A DNA stretch of 64,000 nucleotides, taken from positions 1 through 64,000 of IMG/VR virus record IMGVR_UViG_3300037502_002391; one strand, given 5' to 3'. The DNA comes from a virus. The notes beneath the pieces are model-generated. The model saw nothing but the letters and a program-made list of their open reading frames with translations. It was not told the origin of the DNA and searched no databases. Shown here in pieces: positions 47,260-57,274 of this stretch (positions are counted from its first letter, which is position 1; each line of letters starts with the position of its first letter). A program made the position numbers and the translations under genes.

Positions 47260-48225
47260 TTATTCTATACTATTTATTATTGTTAATTGACAACCATACT
47301 CTTCAGTATTATTAAGAGACACATTGCTAGTTGCACCCCCAATTGCTAAACTACAATTTGATGAACCAGATCCAATTGTTCCACCACCTAAACTTTGCCT
47401 TGGACACAATAATCCTGTCCTAGAAGACCATATTGAACCATCATAGTCTTCAGTACAACTAAGCATACTCCCATTTGTACCACCATAAGCAACTCCATCA
47501 AATTCATATCCAGAGGATGCTAAACATTCCCTAGCTGTTATTAATACACCACCAGACGCCCATGATGTACCATTAAATTCTTCAGTACATGATACATAAG
47601 CATTAGTAAAACCACCTGTAACCATAGCTTGGGTTGGTACTCCAACACCAGTTAAACTTCTTCTAGCTGTAATCATTGCAGTACATGTGGACCAAGCATT
47701 ACCATTATATGCTTCATTACATGATACATTAACATTAGTAAAGCCACCAGCAAAATAAGCTGAATTTTGTGCACCAGCACCTGCTGCTAATGATCTCCCA
47801 TTAATTAATATCCCACCATTAGTCCATGTTGCACCATTATATTCTTCAACACACCTAAGCGAAGGATTACCACCAATTGCTAAACCTAAATTTTGAGTCC
47901 CAGCACCTCCTAAACGTGACCTAGCAGTTATTAATGCACCACCAGATGCCCATGTTGACCCATTATATTCTTCAGTACATGAGAGGTTAACATTTGTATA
48001 TCCACCTATTGATAATCCTGCATTTTGTTGCCCGCCTCCGGCTAAACGTCTTCTAGCAGTTATTAATGACCCTCCTGTAGTCCATATTTTTGATGTAGAT
48101 GTGCCACAATATGAAAAAACTGGTCTTTTATTAGTAGTATCAAACCACATACAAACAGTATCTGTGCATATTGTTGCTGGTCTATTTGCCACTCCAACTA
48201 TTTCTGTGCTTTGTAATTTTGCCAT
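47260..48225 (-). CDS. Kelch-type beta-propeller protein B
   Basis: Same repeats and identical N-terminal 20 aa. Confidence 0.8.
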   Translation of the reverse strand: MAKLQSTEIVGVANRPATICTDTVCMWFDTTNKRPVFSYCGTSTSKIWTTGGSLITARRRLAGGGQQNAGLSIGGYTNVNLSCTEEYNGSTWASGGALITARSRLGGAGTQNLGLAIGGNPSLRCVEEYNGATWTNGGILINGRSLAAGAGAQNSAYFAGGFTNVNVSCNEAYNGNAWSTCTAMITARRSLTGVGVPTQAMVTGGFTNAYVSCTEEFNGTSWASGGVLITARECLASSGYEFDGVAYGGTNGSMLSCTEDYDGSIWSSRTGLLCPRQSLGGGTIGSGSSNCSLAIGGATSNVSLNNTEEYGCQLTIINSIE

Positions 48226-48231
48226 AATATT

Positions 48232-49245
48232 TTAATGATAATTATCTCTTATACCTGTTGCTGTTTTTGTAAATTCCTCTGTATTAGAACTTGAACCTGT
48301 GTTAGATTGCCCACCAGCAACTAAACCAGAACTATCTGAACCAGCACCACCTAAAAAAGTTCTTGCTGTTGAAATTGCTGCACTTGCTGTTGACCATACC
48401 AATCCATTATATTCTTCGGTACATGTACATCTTGTACCAGATGAAAAATGAACACTATCTCCACCACCAACAACAACTGCTGTATATCTTTGACCAAATC
48501 CAGTAAGACCTGTCCTAGATGTTATTAAAGAACCACCAACACACCAAGACACACCATCATATTCTTCAGCAATTGCTGTAATAGTAGGTGTAAGACTTCC
48601 ACCAGCAAAAAGTGCTTGATTTTGTGTTCCAATTTCTGCTCCACTAGATCTTGCAGTTATTAATGAACCACCTGCTGACCAAGATGTCCCATTATATTCT
48701 TCAGTACATGATAAAGCATTTGTTGCCCCCACGCTTACATTTGTTGAGCCCCCAGTAGCTAATCCAACATTTTGTGAACCAACAACACCAAGTGTATTTC
48801 TTGCTGTTATCAATGCACCACCAGATGCCCATGTTGTACCATTATATTCCTCAGTAACACTCAAAACACTTACTGAACAAACACCTCCACCAGTTGCTAA
48901 CCCTTCATTTTGTGTCCCTGCTGAACCTAAAAAACCTCTTGCACATATCATATTACCACCAGCAGCCCATGATGTTCCACCATATTCTTCAGTAGAATTA
49001 TATACTTGTGTTGTTCCAGTTGACCCCCCCATAGCCAAAGCTAAATTTTGTGTTCCAGTTGCACTTAATGAAGCCCTAGCAGTAATCATTGTACCACCAG
49101 CAGCCCAAGTACCACCAGTAAACCCTGAATATGATACAACAAATCTATCACAAGTTGTATTAAACCACAAACACATTGTATTTGCACATATTGTTGCAGG
49201 TCTATTTGCTACTCCAACTATTTCTGTACTTTGTAATTTAGCCAT
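48232..49245 (-). CDS. Kelch-type beta-propeller protein A
   Basis: Same repeats and N-terminus; TATTTATA at 49260-49267. Confidence 0.8.
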   Translation of the reverse strand: MAKLQSTEIVGVANRPATICANTMCLWFNTTCDRFVVSYSGFTGGTWAAGGTMITARASLSATGTQNLALAMGGSTGTTQVYNSTEEYGGTSWAAGGNMICARGFLGSAGTQNEGLATGGGVCSVSVLSVTEEYNGTTWASGGALITARNTLGVVGSQNVGLATGGSTNVSVGATNALSCTEEYNGTSWSAGGSLITARSSGAEIGTQNQALFAGGSLTPTITAIAEEYDGVSWCVGGSLITSRTGLTGFGQRYTAVVVGGGDSVHFSSGTRCTCTEEYNGLVWSTASAAISTARTFLGGAGSDSSGLVAGGQSNTGSSSNTEEFTKTATGIRDNYH

Positions 49246-49277
49246 AATGAACTATATATTATAAATATACTCAAATA

Positions 49278-50099
49278 TCATTTATAACCAAAAAAATCAT
49301 AATACCATTGATATGTTTCTTTTATCATATCAATAGTGTATTGTCCCAAAATTTGTTTTGAGTCATTTGGTAACATTTCAAGTTTATTTCTTATAATATG
49401 ATCACCATATATACCATGAATTGTATCATTCTCTATGGTTATTTGATTTATGTGTTGGAAATTATGTTTGTACTCATTTACCTCTAAATATTGATATATG
49501 GTTTTCATTACACTTTCTGGATTATTACATAAATCCTCATATCTAATGAATAAGAAATTTTTTGCTGTACCATCTAACAATGTCTGTTGTAATTTTTCAA
49601 TAGAATAACCTAATGGATGTCCTTGTGCCCATAATTCAACTCTCTTATGTGTTGTTGTTCCTTTTATTTTAATGTTATCCATTAAACCATCATCTTTATC
49701 AGGATTTAATCTAAATTTTTTTTCAAATGATGCAAATATAGATGGAAGATTTCTTACCATATATATTATTTTTGGATTTTCCACTATATTGGATAATAAA
49801 TTATAATAAAACCCCCAAACTCTATTTTTATCTAAATAATATGGTTTTGTTGTTTGTGATTGTATGTATCCTTTTATTCCTTCTGAACAAAATTTATAGA
49901 ATCCATTTTTCCACATTTTTGTATCACCTGCCTTTGATTCATGATTTTGGTTATATCCAATTCTTGTACCTAGCATTAAATCAATAAGACCTGATGTTGG
50001 TGTTACATAAAATTCTGGGTTTTGACCTATTAAATTTTGTAATAATGTGCTACCACTTCTTGGTAAAGTGGAGTTAAAAAAAATCTTTTGGTTATGCAT
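49278..50099 (-). CDS. Sulfotransferase family protein
   Basis: 5'-PSB loop LPRSGSTLL, DKNR, MVRNL..I.AS, IRYEDL. Confidence 0.85.
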   Translation of the reverse strand: MHNQKIFFNSTLPRSGSTLLQNLIGQNPEFYVTPTSGLIDLMLGTRIGYNQNHESKAGDTKMWKNGFYKFCSEGIKGYIQSQTTKPYYLDKNRVWGFYYNLLSNIVENPKIIYMVRNLPSIFASFEKKFRLNPDKDDGLMDNIKIKGTTTHKRVELWAQGHPLGYSIEKLQQTLLDGTAKNFLFIRYEDLCNNPESVMKTIYQYLEVNEYKHNFQHINQITIENDTIHGIYGDHIIRNKLEMLPNDSKQILGQYTIDMIKETYQWYYDFFGYK

Positions 50100-50730
50100 A
50101 TCTTCCAAATATAATTTCAGAAATTGTTTCTTTATCCCCCAATGTTCCTTTTGTTAAAGCATTCACACCTAATGCTTTCCTTACTCTATTTGTTCTATTT
50201 GGTGGAACTCCATGTGTTAGCCAAGATGGAAATATTATAAAATCATTCTTTTTTGGTGAAAAATATACCTCTTCTTGTGAAAATAAATGATTTTGATAAT
50301 CATCAAGTAATGATGGTTCAAAATATGATCTATTAAATGATTTTACTTCTTTAGAAAAACATATGGCAGCATCATCCTCATGAGCATCATAATAAAAAAC
50401 ACCTGCTAGAATTGTGTTTGGATGTGTATGTGCTTTATGAATTTGTCCTGGTTTTTTATATGTCAACCATGATTGAGCAAATTGTAAATCTTTATAATTA
50501 TATCTCATAACATTTGTTGCAAATTCTTTAAAACAAGACATAAAAAATAAATTTAAGTCATCACATATTGGATTGTCCAATATGTAACTATTTTTTGATA
50601 TCATACCATACCCATGACCTGTTTCAGACATTTCACAACTATCAAAATAATTAATAACATCATCTATGTTCCCACCATAATTTTTAACATATAATGGTGT
50701 TGGGAATAGTGAAAAAACTTGTGCATCCAT
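50092..50730 (-). CDS. 2OG-Fe(II) oxygenase (TIGR02466-like)
   Basis: LFPTP, HTHPN, GVFY, FPSWLTHGV, R. Confidence 0.85.
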   Translation of the reverse strand: MDAQVFSLFPTPLYVKNYGGNIDDVINYFDSCEMSETGHGYGMISKNSYILDNPICDDLNLFFMSCFKEFATNVMRYNYKDLQFAQSWLTYKKPGQIHKAHTHPNTILAGVFYYDAHEDDAAICFSKEVKSFNRSYFEPSLLDDYQNHLFSQEEVYFSPKKNDFIIFPSWLTHGVPPNRTNRVRKALGVNALTKGTLGDKETISEIIFGRYA

Positions 50731-51326
50731 TATTTATCTTTTGGTACAAAATTAAACGCAATTGAAATCCTTTCTCCATCTGAATTGTTGGTTTCAACAT
50801 GATGCCTTACCCAACTTGGGAATATATAAAATAAAGATTCTATTGGTTTTTTAATAGCACCAAATGAATTTGATTTTGTTGTTATTCTTTCCACATCAGA
50901 TTTTAAAAAATATTCCGCAGTATCTCCTCTATGAAGAACTAAATCACCCATATCACTAAAAGGTACTGAAACATAGTAAACACCAGATAAAATACTACTC
51001 TGGTGATCATGCTCCAAATTATAATTTCCCTTTTGATTGATGTTAACCCAAAAATTACCTAATTTTAAATTTGGAACACCAATGTGTTTATAACAATTCT
51101 CATTAACAAAAATTTCAAGATTATTAAATAAATTTAATAATTCCTTTGGTAAAGGTAAAACAATATCACTACTATGCCAACCACCTCTATTTGATATTGT
51201 TGCACCTTTTGTATTTTCTTTTAACCATAAACAATATTCCTTAATTTCCTCATTGTTTATGTCTTTTACTTCAGATTCCCATATTGGTGTTGAGAACCAT
51301 AATTCTTCATGTGTTATAATTTTCAT
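50730..51326 (-). CDS. 2OG-Fe(II) oxygenase (TIGR02466-like)
   Basis: SNRGGWHS, HDH, SGVYYV, FPSWVRHHV, RISIAFN; start moved to MKIITHEE. Confidence 0.85.
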   Translation of the reverse strand: MKIITHEELWFSTPIWESEVKDINNEEIKEYCLWLKENTKGATISNRGGWHSSDIVLPLPKELLNLFNNLEIFVNENCYKHIGVPNLKLGNFWVNINQKGNYNLEHDHQSSILSGVYYVSVPFSDMGDLVLHRGDTAEYFLKSDVERITTKSNSFGAIKKPIESLFYIFPSWVRHHVETNNSDGERISIAFNFVPKDK

Positions 51327-51904
51327 ATATCTATATGTGTGAACCAACCAGTTAATATATATTTTGTTTGCGTGGGAGATGAAACTCCTCTATGCAAATG
51401 TGTCCAATCAGATGGCCATATCAATAACTTTCCTCTTTCTGGTGATTCAAAATGTTGTTGATAAAAAAATTCTGTTTCACCTCTATCTGTTAATGTATTC
51501 AAATATATCATCCAAACTAAAAGTCTATCAGAATGTTTTTTCCCAGCTCTTTCACAATGCCAACCAAGAAAACCCTCATTTGGTTCATATTTTTGCATAT
51601 TAAAATAGGCATATAAATCAATTGGATCCATCTTTTGCATTGCTGTTGAATGTCTATTTAAATAATCTAATACACCATTTTTAACTGTAATAACAACCTC
51701 ATCCAATAACATACCCCAAGGTTCTTTATTTAAGAAAGATGGGTCAAATGTTATGTCTGTTGATTTTTTATCACTATCAGATGATATACCTGTTGGACCA
51801 TATAAAACACCTGGTTTTTTTAAATCTGATTGTTCAAATGCATTAATCAAATTATGGCAAGTATTTATAGATAAAGCATTTTCTTTACGATATATGAAAT
51901 TCAT
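51323..51904 (-). CDS. 2OG-Fe(II) oxygenase (prolyl-4-hydroxylase-like)
   Basis: QKYEP, WHCE, WMIYLN, GETEF, WPSDWTHLHRG, KYILTGW. Confidence 0.85.
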   Translation of the reverse strand: MNFIYRKENALSINTCHNLINAFEQSDLKKPGVLYGPTGISSDSDKKSTDITFDPSFLNKEPWGMLLDEVVITVKNGVLDYLNRHSTAMQKMDPIDLYAYFNMQKYEPNEGFLGWHCERAGKKHSDRLLVWMIYLNTLTDRGETEFFYQQHFESPERGKLLIWPSDWTHLHRGVSSPTQTKYILTGWFTHIDI

Positions 51905-51907
51905 ATA

Positions 51908-52591
51908 TTAATTAAGTTTGTTTTTTTTATCTTCTGGTAATTCACCCAAAAAATTTAATATTCTACCCTCACTATCTTTTAATCTATTAAAAGAAAGATA
52001 TGGACCCATTGCATTCATAATATCTCCAGGTGAGGATGAATCATTCAAAGATTTAACTCTATTTTCAAAATATTTATGTAATGAATCTGCTTGATGTGTG
52101 TTGACATCTTTGGTATCAAAAGAACCATTATCTAATTCACCTTTAATTTTACTCCATAAGGTCAACTCTCTAACTCTATCTTTAGCAACTTGTAACATAC
52201 AACTTCTATCATATAGATTCCTATCCAAATCAATATGAGCATCCATTATATCAAATTTATTATTTTCTTCATCTTGCATTAAATCATCTATTTTTTTGTC
52301 AAGTCTTAACTTTTCAACTGTATTCTTCCTTAAATCAAAAGTAAGATTCATTAATGCATCAAAATGAGCAGACATTTCTCTAACAGATTGCCAATATTTT
52401 GAGGCAATTGTAGGATGTTTTGCATCATTTAAAACTGAAAACCTCATTTCAGTTTCAGTTCTAAAAATTTGTTTTTTATGCCAATTGTCAACTAATTCAT
52501 CTTTTAGTGTTAGAATAGTGTTAACATCTTCTTCATTTAGAATGCTAATAATTTCTTTTAAATCTTCATTAAATTGTAATTCTTTTTTCAT
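51908..52591 (-). CDS. Hypothetical helical protein (fibre-module associated)
   Basis: Start moved to MKKELQF; FRTETEMRFSVLND..HPT..SKYWQ. Confidence 0.7.
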   Translation of the reverse strand: MKKELQFNEDLKEIISILNEEDVNTILTLKDELVDNWHKKQIFRTETEMRFSVLNDAKHPTIASKYWQSVREMSAHFDALMNLTFDLRKNTVEKLRLDKKIDDLMQDEENNKFDIMDAHIDLDRNLYDRSCMLQVAKDRVRELTLWSKIKGELDNGSFDTKDVNTHQADSLHKYFENRVKSLNDSSSPGDIMNAMGPYLSFNRLKDSEGRILNFLGELPEDKKNKLN

Positions 52592-52601
52592 ATATTTTTT
52601 T

Positions 52602-52853
52602 TTAAGGTAAAATAACTTGTGGTGGATTTTGCTGTTCATTGTTTGATGGTGGTTGATAAGATTCTGCAATTGCAGCATCAACAATTGCTTGTGCTTCTTC
52701 TTTTGTCTTTTCTACAGCACCAATTCTTTGTGGCCATATAGTATTTTCTGTTACCCATATATTTCCTGGATAACCAGAAATATGTGCAAGTTCATTGTCT
52801 TCATGGGTTATAAACCCATGACCATAGTTAATAGCATAATAATATTTTAACAT
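52602..52853 (-). CDS. Hypothetical protein
   Basis: Start moved to MLKYYY. Confidence 0.65.
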   Translation of the reverse strand: MLKYYYAINYGHGFITHEDNELAHISGYPGNIWVTENTIWPQRIGAVEKTKEEAQAIVDAAIAESYQPPSNNEQQNPPQVILP

Positions 52854-52912
52854 ACTAAGTTTTTTATAAAAAAAAATAAACACTTATAATCATAAGTAAA
52901 TACTAACATAAT

Positions 52913-53437
52913 TTAAATAAATTCAACCCATCTAGCATTTTCCCTTGTAACACCACTAATACCTTCAATTGATGATCCTGTCCAAGCATTTAATAGCAAA
53001 GCACCATCAACTGTATTGTCATAAACTTGATATCCAAAATAAATATCCACAACTGATCCACCAGTTAATGCATTATTAAATAATGTTTCATAATTTGGTA
53101 TTTGATATTGATATGTTTTGTTATTTTCACAAACATATGCAATCATGCCAAGTTTTCTTCTTCCAGAAGAAATACCATCTGAATATAGATTTATAACATT
53201 TGGTGAACCATTTGGTGCATTATAACTAAAATCAATAGGAATTGTATTTCCTGAATATAATACTGTTCCTGTTGTCCCATTTGGTATAGTAAAATTCAAA
53301 TCACTTAATTTAAATACTTCACAAAATCCACCAACTTGGAATGAACTAAAATTGCTTCCAGTATTTGAATCAGTATTAACTGAATTTGGTCCAGATAATA
53401 CAACTGATGATTTTGGATTTTTATAATTAAAGCTCAT
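52913..53437 (-). CDS. Structural/hypothetical protein
   Basis: 174 aa; RRKLGMIAYV..NKTYQ; TATTTATA upstream. Confidence 0.7.
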   Translation of the reverse strand: MSFNYKNPKSSVVLSGPNSVNTDSNTGSNFSSFQVGGFCEVFKLSDLNFTIPNGTTGTVLYSGNTIPIDFSYNAPNGSPNVINLYSDGISSGRRKLGMIAYVCENNKTYQYQIPNYETLFNNALTGGSVVDIYFGYQVYDNTVDGALLLNAWTGSSIEGISGVTRENARWVEFI

Positions 53438-53480
53438 TAATTTATTCTATAAATATATGTTATTTTATTTTAACCATAAA

Positions 53481-56400
53481 TTAAACTGTGGTAAATGTGA
53501 TTGTTGTTGTTGCTGTTATTTTATAAATGGTTGATGTTCCAACTTGTGTTACATTTGTCCCTATTACTCTATATCCATTTGGGACTTGTATGAATGCAAC
53601 ACCTGCCCCACCATTACAAGGGTTATTTGGACTTAATTGGGTTGAACCTCCTCCTCCATGATTAGAAATTGTAGGACATCCACAAAAAGCAAGAGATGTA
53701 CTATTAGTTTTATTAACTCCACAACCACCAACGCCATAAATAGATATGGTTGAATCAAGTGGAAGTGAAATTCCACCCTCACCAAAATATGTAGTAGGTT
53801 GTATAGAATAACCAGCTCCACCACCACTATTTTGTGAATTTATATTCACAAAATTACCTGTTGCTCCTGAATAGTTTTGGCAACTGCTCTTTGAACCCCC
53901 ACCTAAACTACCTAATCTACTTGCACCACCACCACCAAATCCAATTCCACTACCACAAACACCTTCAATACCAACTGAACGACCACCACCACCACCAGCA
54001 GCAGATAATATCACATTACTACTTGTATCATATAATGTTGTTGTTCCACCAGTACCACCAGGATCACAAAAACTTGAAGAGCCTGCACCTGCTGTGCCAA
54101 TTATAATTGAGTGACTTGTATTTGTTAATACTGAAATACTATTTCCTGTTGCAATACAACCACCAGCACCTCCACCACCAAAATAACCACCAGATAAATC
54201 CCCATCAGATTTTCCACCTCCACCACCTCCACCAACAAGGTTGACATTTATGTTTATTGAACAATTGGTACTTCCTGTTATTGCACCTGATGAATTAAAA
54301 CCATAGCAAGTTCCACTTACTGAAAATATCCTTTCAGTTCCCCAAGCAGAAGTATCATTATTGTTACATGATGTTAGTGATGGATAATAAATAGAACCAT
54401 TTGAACTATTGAATGTAGAATATCTACCTACTACATAATTACTAGCCAAACAAGCTGTGCTACAATTGTTTAAACCACCAAGATCCCTACCTGCTCCAAA
54501 TACTTTACAAGCAGTCAAGTTTGTTGGTGTGGTTGTTGGTGTGGTTGTTGGTGTGGTTGTTGGTGTGGTTGTTGGTGTGGTTGTTCTTGTATTAGTTGGT
54601 GTAGTGGTATTAGTCATTGTTTGAGTTGGTGTTGTTGTTGGTGTTCTTGTTGGTGTTAATGTTCTTGTTGGTGTTATGGTTGGAGTTGCAGTAGTTGATG
54701 GTGTTTGTGTTGGTGATGGTTGAGTAGGGCATGTTGTTACACTATCTATAACATTATAAGCAAATAATCCAACATTTGGATCCCTAGACCATTCATAACA
54801 GGCAAAATCATCTGTAAATGTATTTGCTGATTCTCCATTATTTGCAAATGCTAAATGATTAATATCACTATAATCATTCAAACAATTAATCTCAGAATTA
54901 ACATCATTGTCAGAATAGTAAACTTTATCATTTATAGATAATGCACCTGAACTTTTTCTAACATATGCTGTAAATGTTGCACCACTTGCTGGACAACCAT
55001 AAGTACAAGTAGCAGGTGTATTTGATGAAGCTCTAAAAGTCCTTGCATAACAGAAAATTGGTGTTGGTGTTGGTGTTGGTGTTCCTGTACTTGTTGGTGT
55101 TGTTGAAGGTGTGACTGTGTTTGTTGGCGTAACTGTATTTGTTGGTGTTGTTGTCCTTGTTGGTGTAACTGTATTTGTTGGTGTAACTGTATTTGTTGGT
55201 GTATTACTAGGTGTTGGTGGTATAGTTGGGCAACTAACTTCTATTTGAAATGTACCATTAGGTTCATTAGTTGTAACTTGAACTATTACAGTAGTTGGCT
55301 CATTTAATGTTTTTGTAAAACTATTCTGGTATAATCCAGTGAATGTTCCTGAACTAATTACATTGGTAGAATTCCATGTTACTAAAACTGTAGTATTTAC
55401 ATTACTACTACAAATAACATTGATATTTCCTGTATTTAATCCAACATTATATGTGTATATATGATATGCTTTTGTTCCACCACTATTAATGATTGAAGTA
55501 TTACAAACTCCAGTATAATTAATTGTTGCATATATTGTTGGTGTAGGTGTGTTTGTTGGTGTTACTGTATTTGTTGGTGTTATTGTGTTTGTTGGTGTAG
55601 ATGTTTTTGTTGGTGTTATTGTGTTTGTTGGTGTAATTGTATTTGTTGGTGTTATTGTATTTGTTGGTGTAATTGTATTAGAAGGTGTATTTGTTGGTGT
55701 TATTGTTCTTGTTGGTGTTATTGTGTTTGTTGGTGTTATTGTATTAGAAGGTGTATTTGTTGGTGTAATTGTATTTGTTGGTGTTATTGTTCTTGTTGGT
55801 GTAATTGTATTAGAAGGTGTATTTGTTGGTGTTATTGTTCTTGTTGGTGTTATTGTATTAGAAGGTGTATTTGTTGGTGTTATTGTGTTTGTTGGTGTTA
55901 TTGTATTAGAAGGTGTATTTGTTGGTGTTATTGTGTTTGTTGGTGTAATTGTATTAGAAGGTGTATTTGTTGGTGTTATTGTTCTTGTTGGTGTTATTGT
56001 GTTTGTTGGTGTAATTGTATTAGAAGGTGTATTTGTTGGTGTTATTGTATTAGAAGGTGTATTTGTTGGCGTTATTGTATTTGTTGGTGTTATTGTGTTT
56101 GTTGGTGTAATTGTATTAGAAGGTGTATTTGTTGGTGTTATTGTTCTTGTTGGTGTTATTGTGTTTGTTGGTGTAATTGTATTAGAAGGTGTATTTGTTG
56201 GTGTTATTGTATTAGAAGGTGTATTTGTTGGCGTTATTGTATTTGTTGGTGTTATTGTGTTTGTTGGTGTAGATGTTTTTGTTGGTGTTATTGTGTTTGT
56301 TGGTGTATTTGTTGGTGTTATTGTGTTTGTTGGTGTAGATGTTTTTGTTGGTGTTATTGTGTTTGTTGGTGTAATTGTATTTGTTGGTGTTATTGTATTT

Positions 56401-56798
56401 GTTGGTGTAATTGTATTAGAAGGTGTATTTGTTGGTGTTATTGTTCTTGTTGGTGTTATTGTGTTTGTTGGTGTTATTGTATTAGAAGGTGTATTTGTTG
56501 GTGTAATTGTAACAGTAGGAGTAATAGTTGTTGTTGGTGTAATAGTTACAGTAGGTGTTGGTGTTTTTGTTGGTGATGGTGTAATCATAGGATCAATCAA
56601 CTGAAATCCACATGATTTATTTATAGATGAAAAGTATAAATCATATATACCATAATAATACCCATCAACATTTGAATAAAAATATGGTAAAATAGCATTA
56701 TTTATTATTCTAGTTCCACCAGTTTCAGGATAAAATGTAATTGTTGAATTATACCCAGAATAATTTAAAGTATCTATATATAGAACATTACTAGCCAT
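53481..56798 (-). CDS. Mucin-like Thr/Pro-repeat fibre protein with Gly-rich C-terminal domain
   Basis: About 350-aa (TNTITP)n tract, Cys-rich modules, LVGGGGGGG...GGAG C-terminal domain. Confidence 0.85.
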   Translation of the reverse strand: MASNVLYIDTLNYSGYNSTITFYPETGGTRIINNAILPYFYSNVDGYYYGIYDLYFSSINKSCGFQLIDPMITPSPTKTPTPTVTITPTTTITPTVTITPTNTPSNTITPTNTITPTRTITPTNTPSNTITPTNTITPTNTITPTNTITPTKTSTPTNTITPTNTPTNTITPTKTSTPTNTITPTNTITPTNTPSNTITPTNTPSNTITPTNTITPTRTITPTNTPSNTITPTNTITPTNTITPTNTPSNTITPTNTPSNTITPTNTITPTRTITPTNTPSNTITPTNTITPTNTPSNTITPTNTITPTNTPSNTITPTRTITPTNTPSNTITPTRTITPTNTITPTNTPSNTITPTNTITPTRTITPTNTPSNTITPTNTITPTNTITPTNTITPTKTSTPTNTITPTNTVTPTNTPTPTIYATINYTGVCNTSIINSGGTKAYHIYTYNVGLNTGNINVICSSNVNTTVLVTWNSTNVISSGTFTGLYQNSFTKTLNEPTTVIVQVTTNEPNGTFQIEVSCPTIPPTPSNTPTNTVTPTNTVTPTRTTTPTNTVTPTNTVTPSTTPTSTGTPTPTPTPIFCYARTFRASSNTPATCTYGCPASGATFTAYVRKSSGALSINDKVYYSDNDVNSEINCLNDYSDINHLAFANNGESANTFTDDFACYEWSRDPNVGLFAYNVIDSVTTCPTQPSPTQTPSTTATPTITPTRTLTPTRTPTTTPTQTMTNTTTPTNTRTTTPTTTPTTTPTTTPTTTPTNLTACKVFGAGRDLGGLNNCSTACLASNYVVGRYSTFNSSNGSIYYPSLTSCNNNDTSAWGTERIFSVSGTCYGFNSSGAITGSTNCSININVNLVGGGGGGGKSDGDLSGGYFGGGGAGGCIATGNSISVLTNTSHSIIIGTAGAGSSSFCDPGGTGGTTTLYDTSSNVILSAAGGGGGRSVGIEGVCGSGIGFGGGGASRLGSLGGGSKSSCQNYSGATGNFVNINSQNSGGGAGYSIQPTTYFGEGGISLPLDSTISIYGVGGCGVNKTNSTSLAFCGCPTISNHGGGGSTQLSPNNPCNGGAGVAFIQVPNGYRVIGTNVTQVGTSTIYKITATTTITFTTV
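55540..56580. repeat. Coding tandem repeat (18-bp TNTITP unit with 12-bp variants)
   Basis: (GTTGGTGTTATTGTGTTT)n on the plus strand. Confidence 0.95.
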
Positions 56799-56868
56799 TT
56801 TTCATATTTTAAACTTTATAAATTTATAACAACATATAAATATGTAATAACACATAAATTATATTAGA

Positions 56869-57264
56869 TTAACAACCAATCCAATTTAATTGATTTTCAT
56901 CCCATATGTAACATTCATTATCTTCTGGATATGGAATAGGTGGATTCCACAAACAACTGAAGTCATCTAAAATCCAAGAATTAAATGGTTTTGGTGGTAT
57001 AAAAGCATCTCTACTTTCATCATATGAATAACCAATTCCAGCATAATTTTTTCTAAAAGCCTTATCTTGATTTTCTGATGGTGTCATATTATCTGATTGA
57101 TAATGTATTCCACCTTTTGTGTTATATGATGTTCTTTTACATATTTGATTTTTAAAATTACCATACCATAATTCTGGTTGTAAACCTTCTATTAATTCTG
57201 TTTCATCAACACCAACAATTACTTCTGTTACAATATTATTTGATAAAAATGCATAGTGTGCCAT
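56869..57264 (-). CDS. Tail-fibre-associated protein
   Basis: Start moved to MAHYAFL; RTSYN...FRKNYAGIGYSYD..RDAFIPPKP..SW, a pattern common next to Gly-rich fibre genes. Confidence 0.75.
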   Translation of the reverse strand: MAHYAFLSNNIVTEVIVGVDETELIEGLQPELWYGNFKNQICKRTSYNTKGGIHYQSDNMTPSENQDKAFRKNYAGIGYSYDESRDAFIPPKPFNSWILDDFSCLWNPPIPYPEDNECYIWDENQLNWIGC

Positions 57265-57274
57265 ATAATTTAAT

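Noticed and set aside
55549-56604. 351-aa plus-strand ORF of VGVIVF repeats (also 58203-59657 and 38274-38516)
   Set aside because: Antisense shadow of the Thr/Pro repeats; it lacks stops only because of repeat composition
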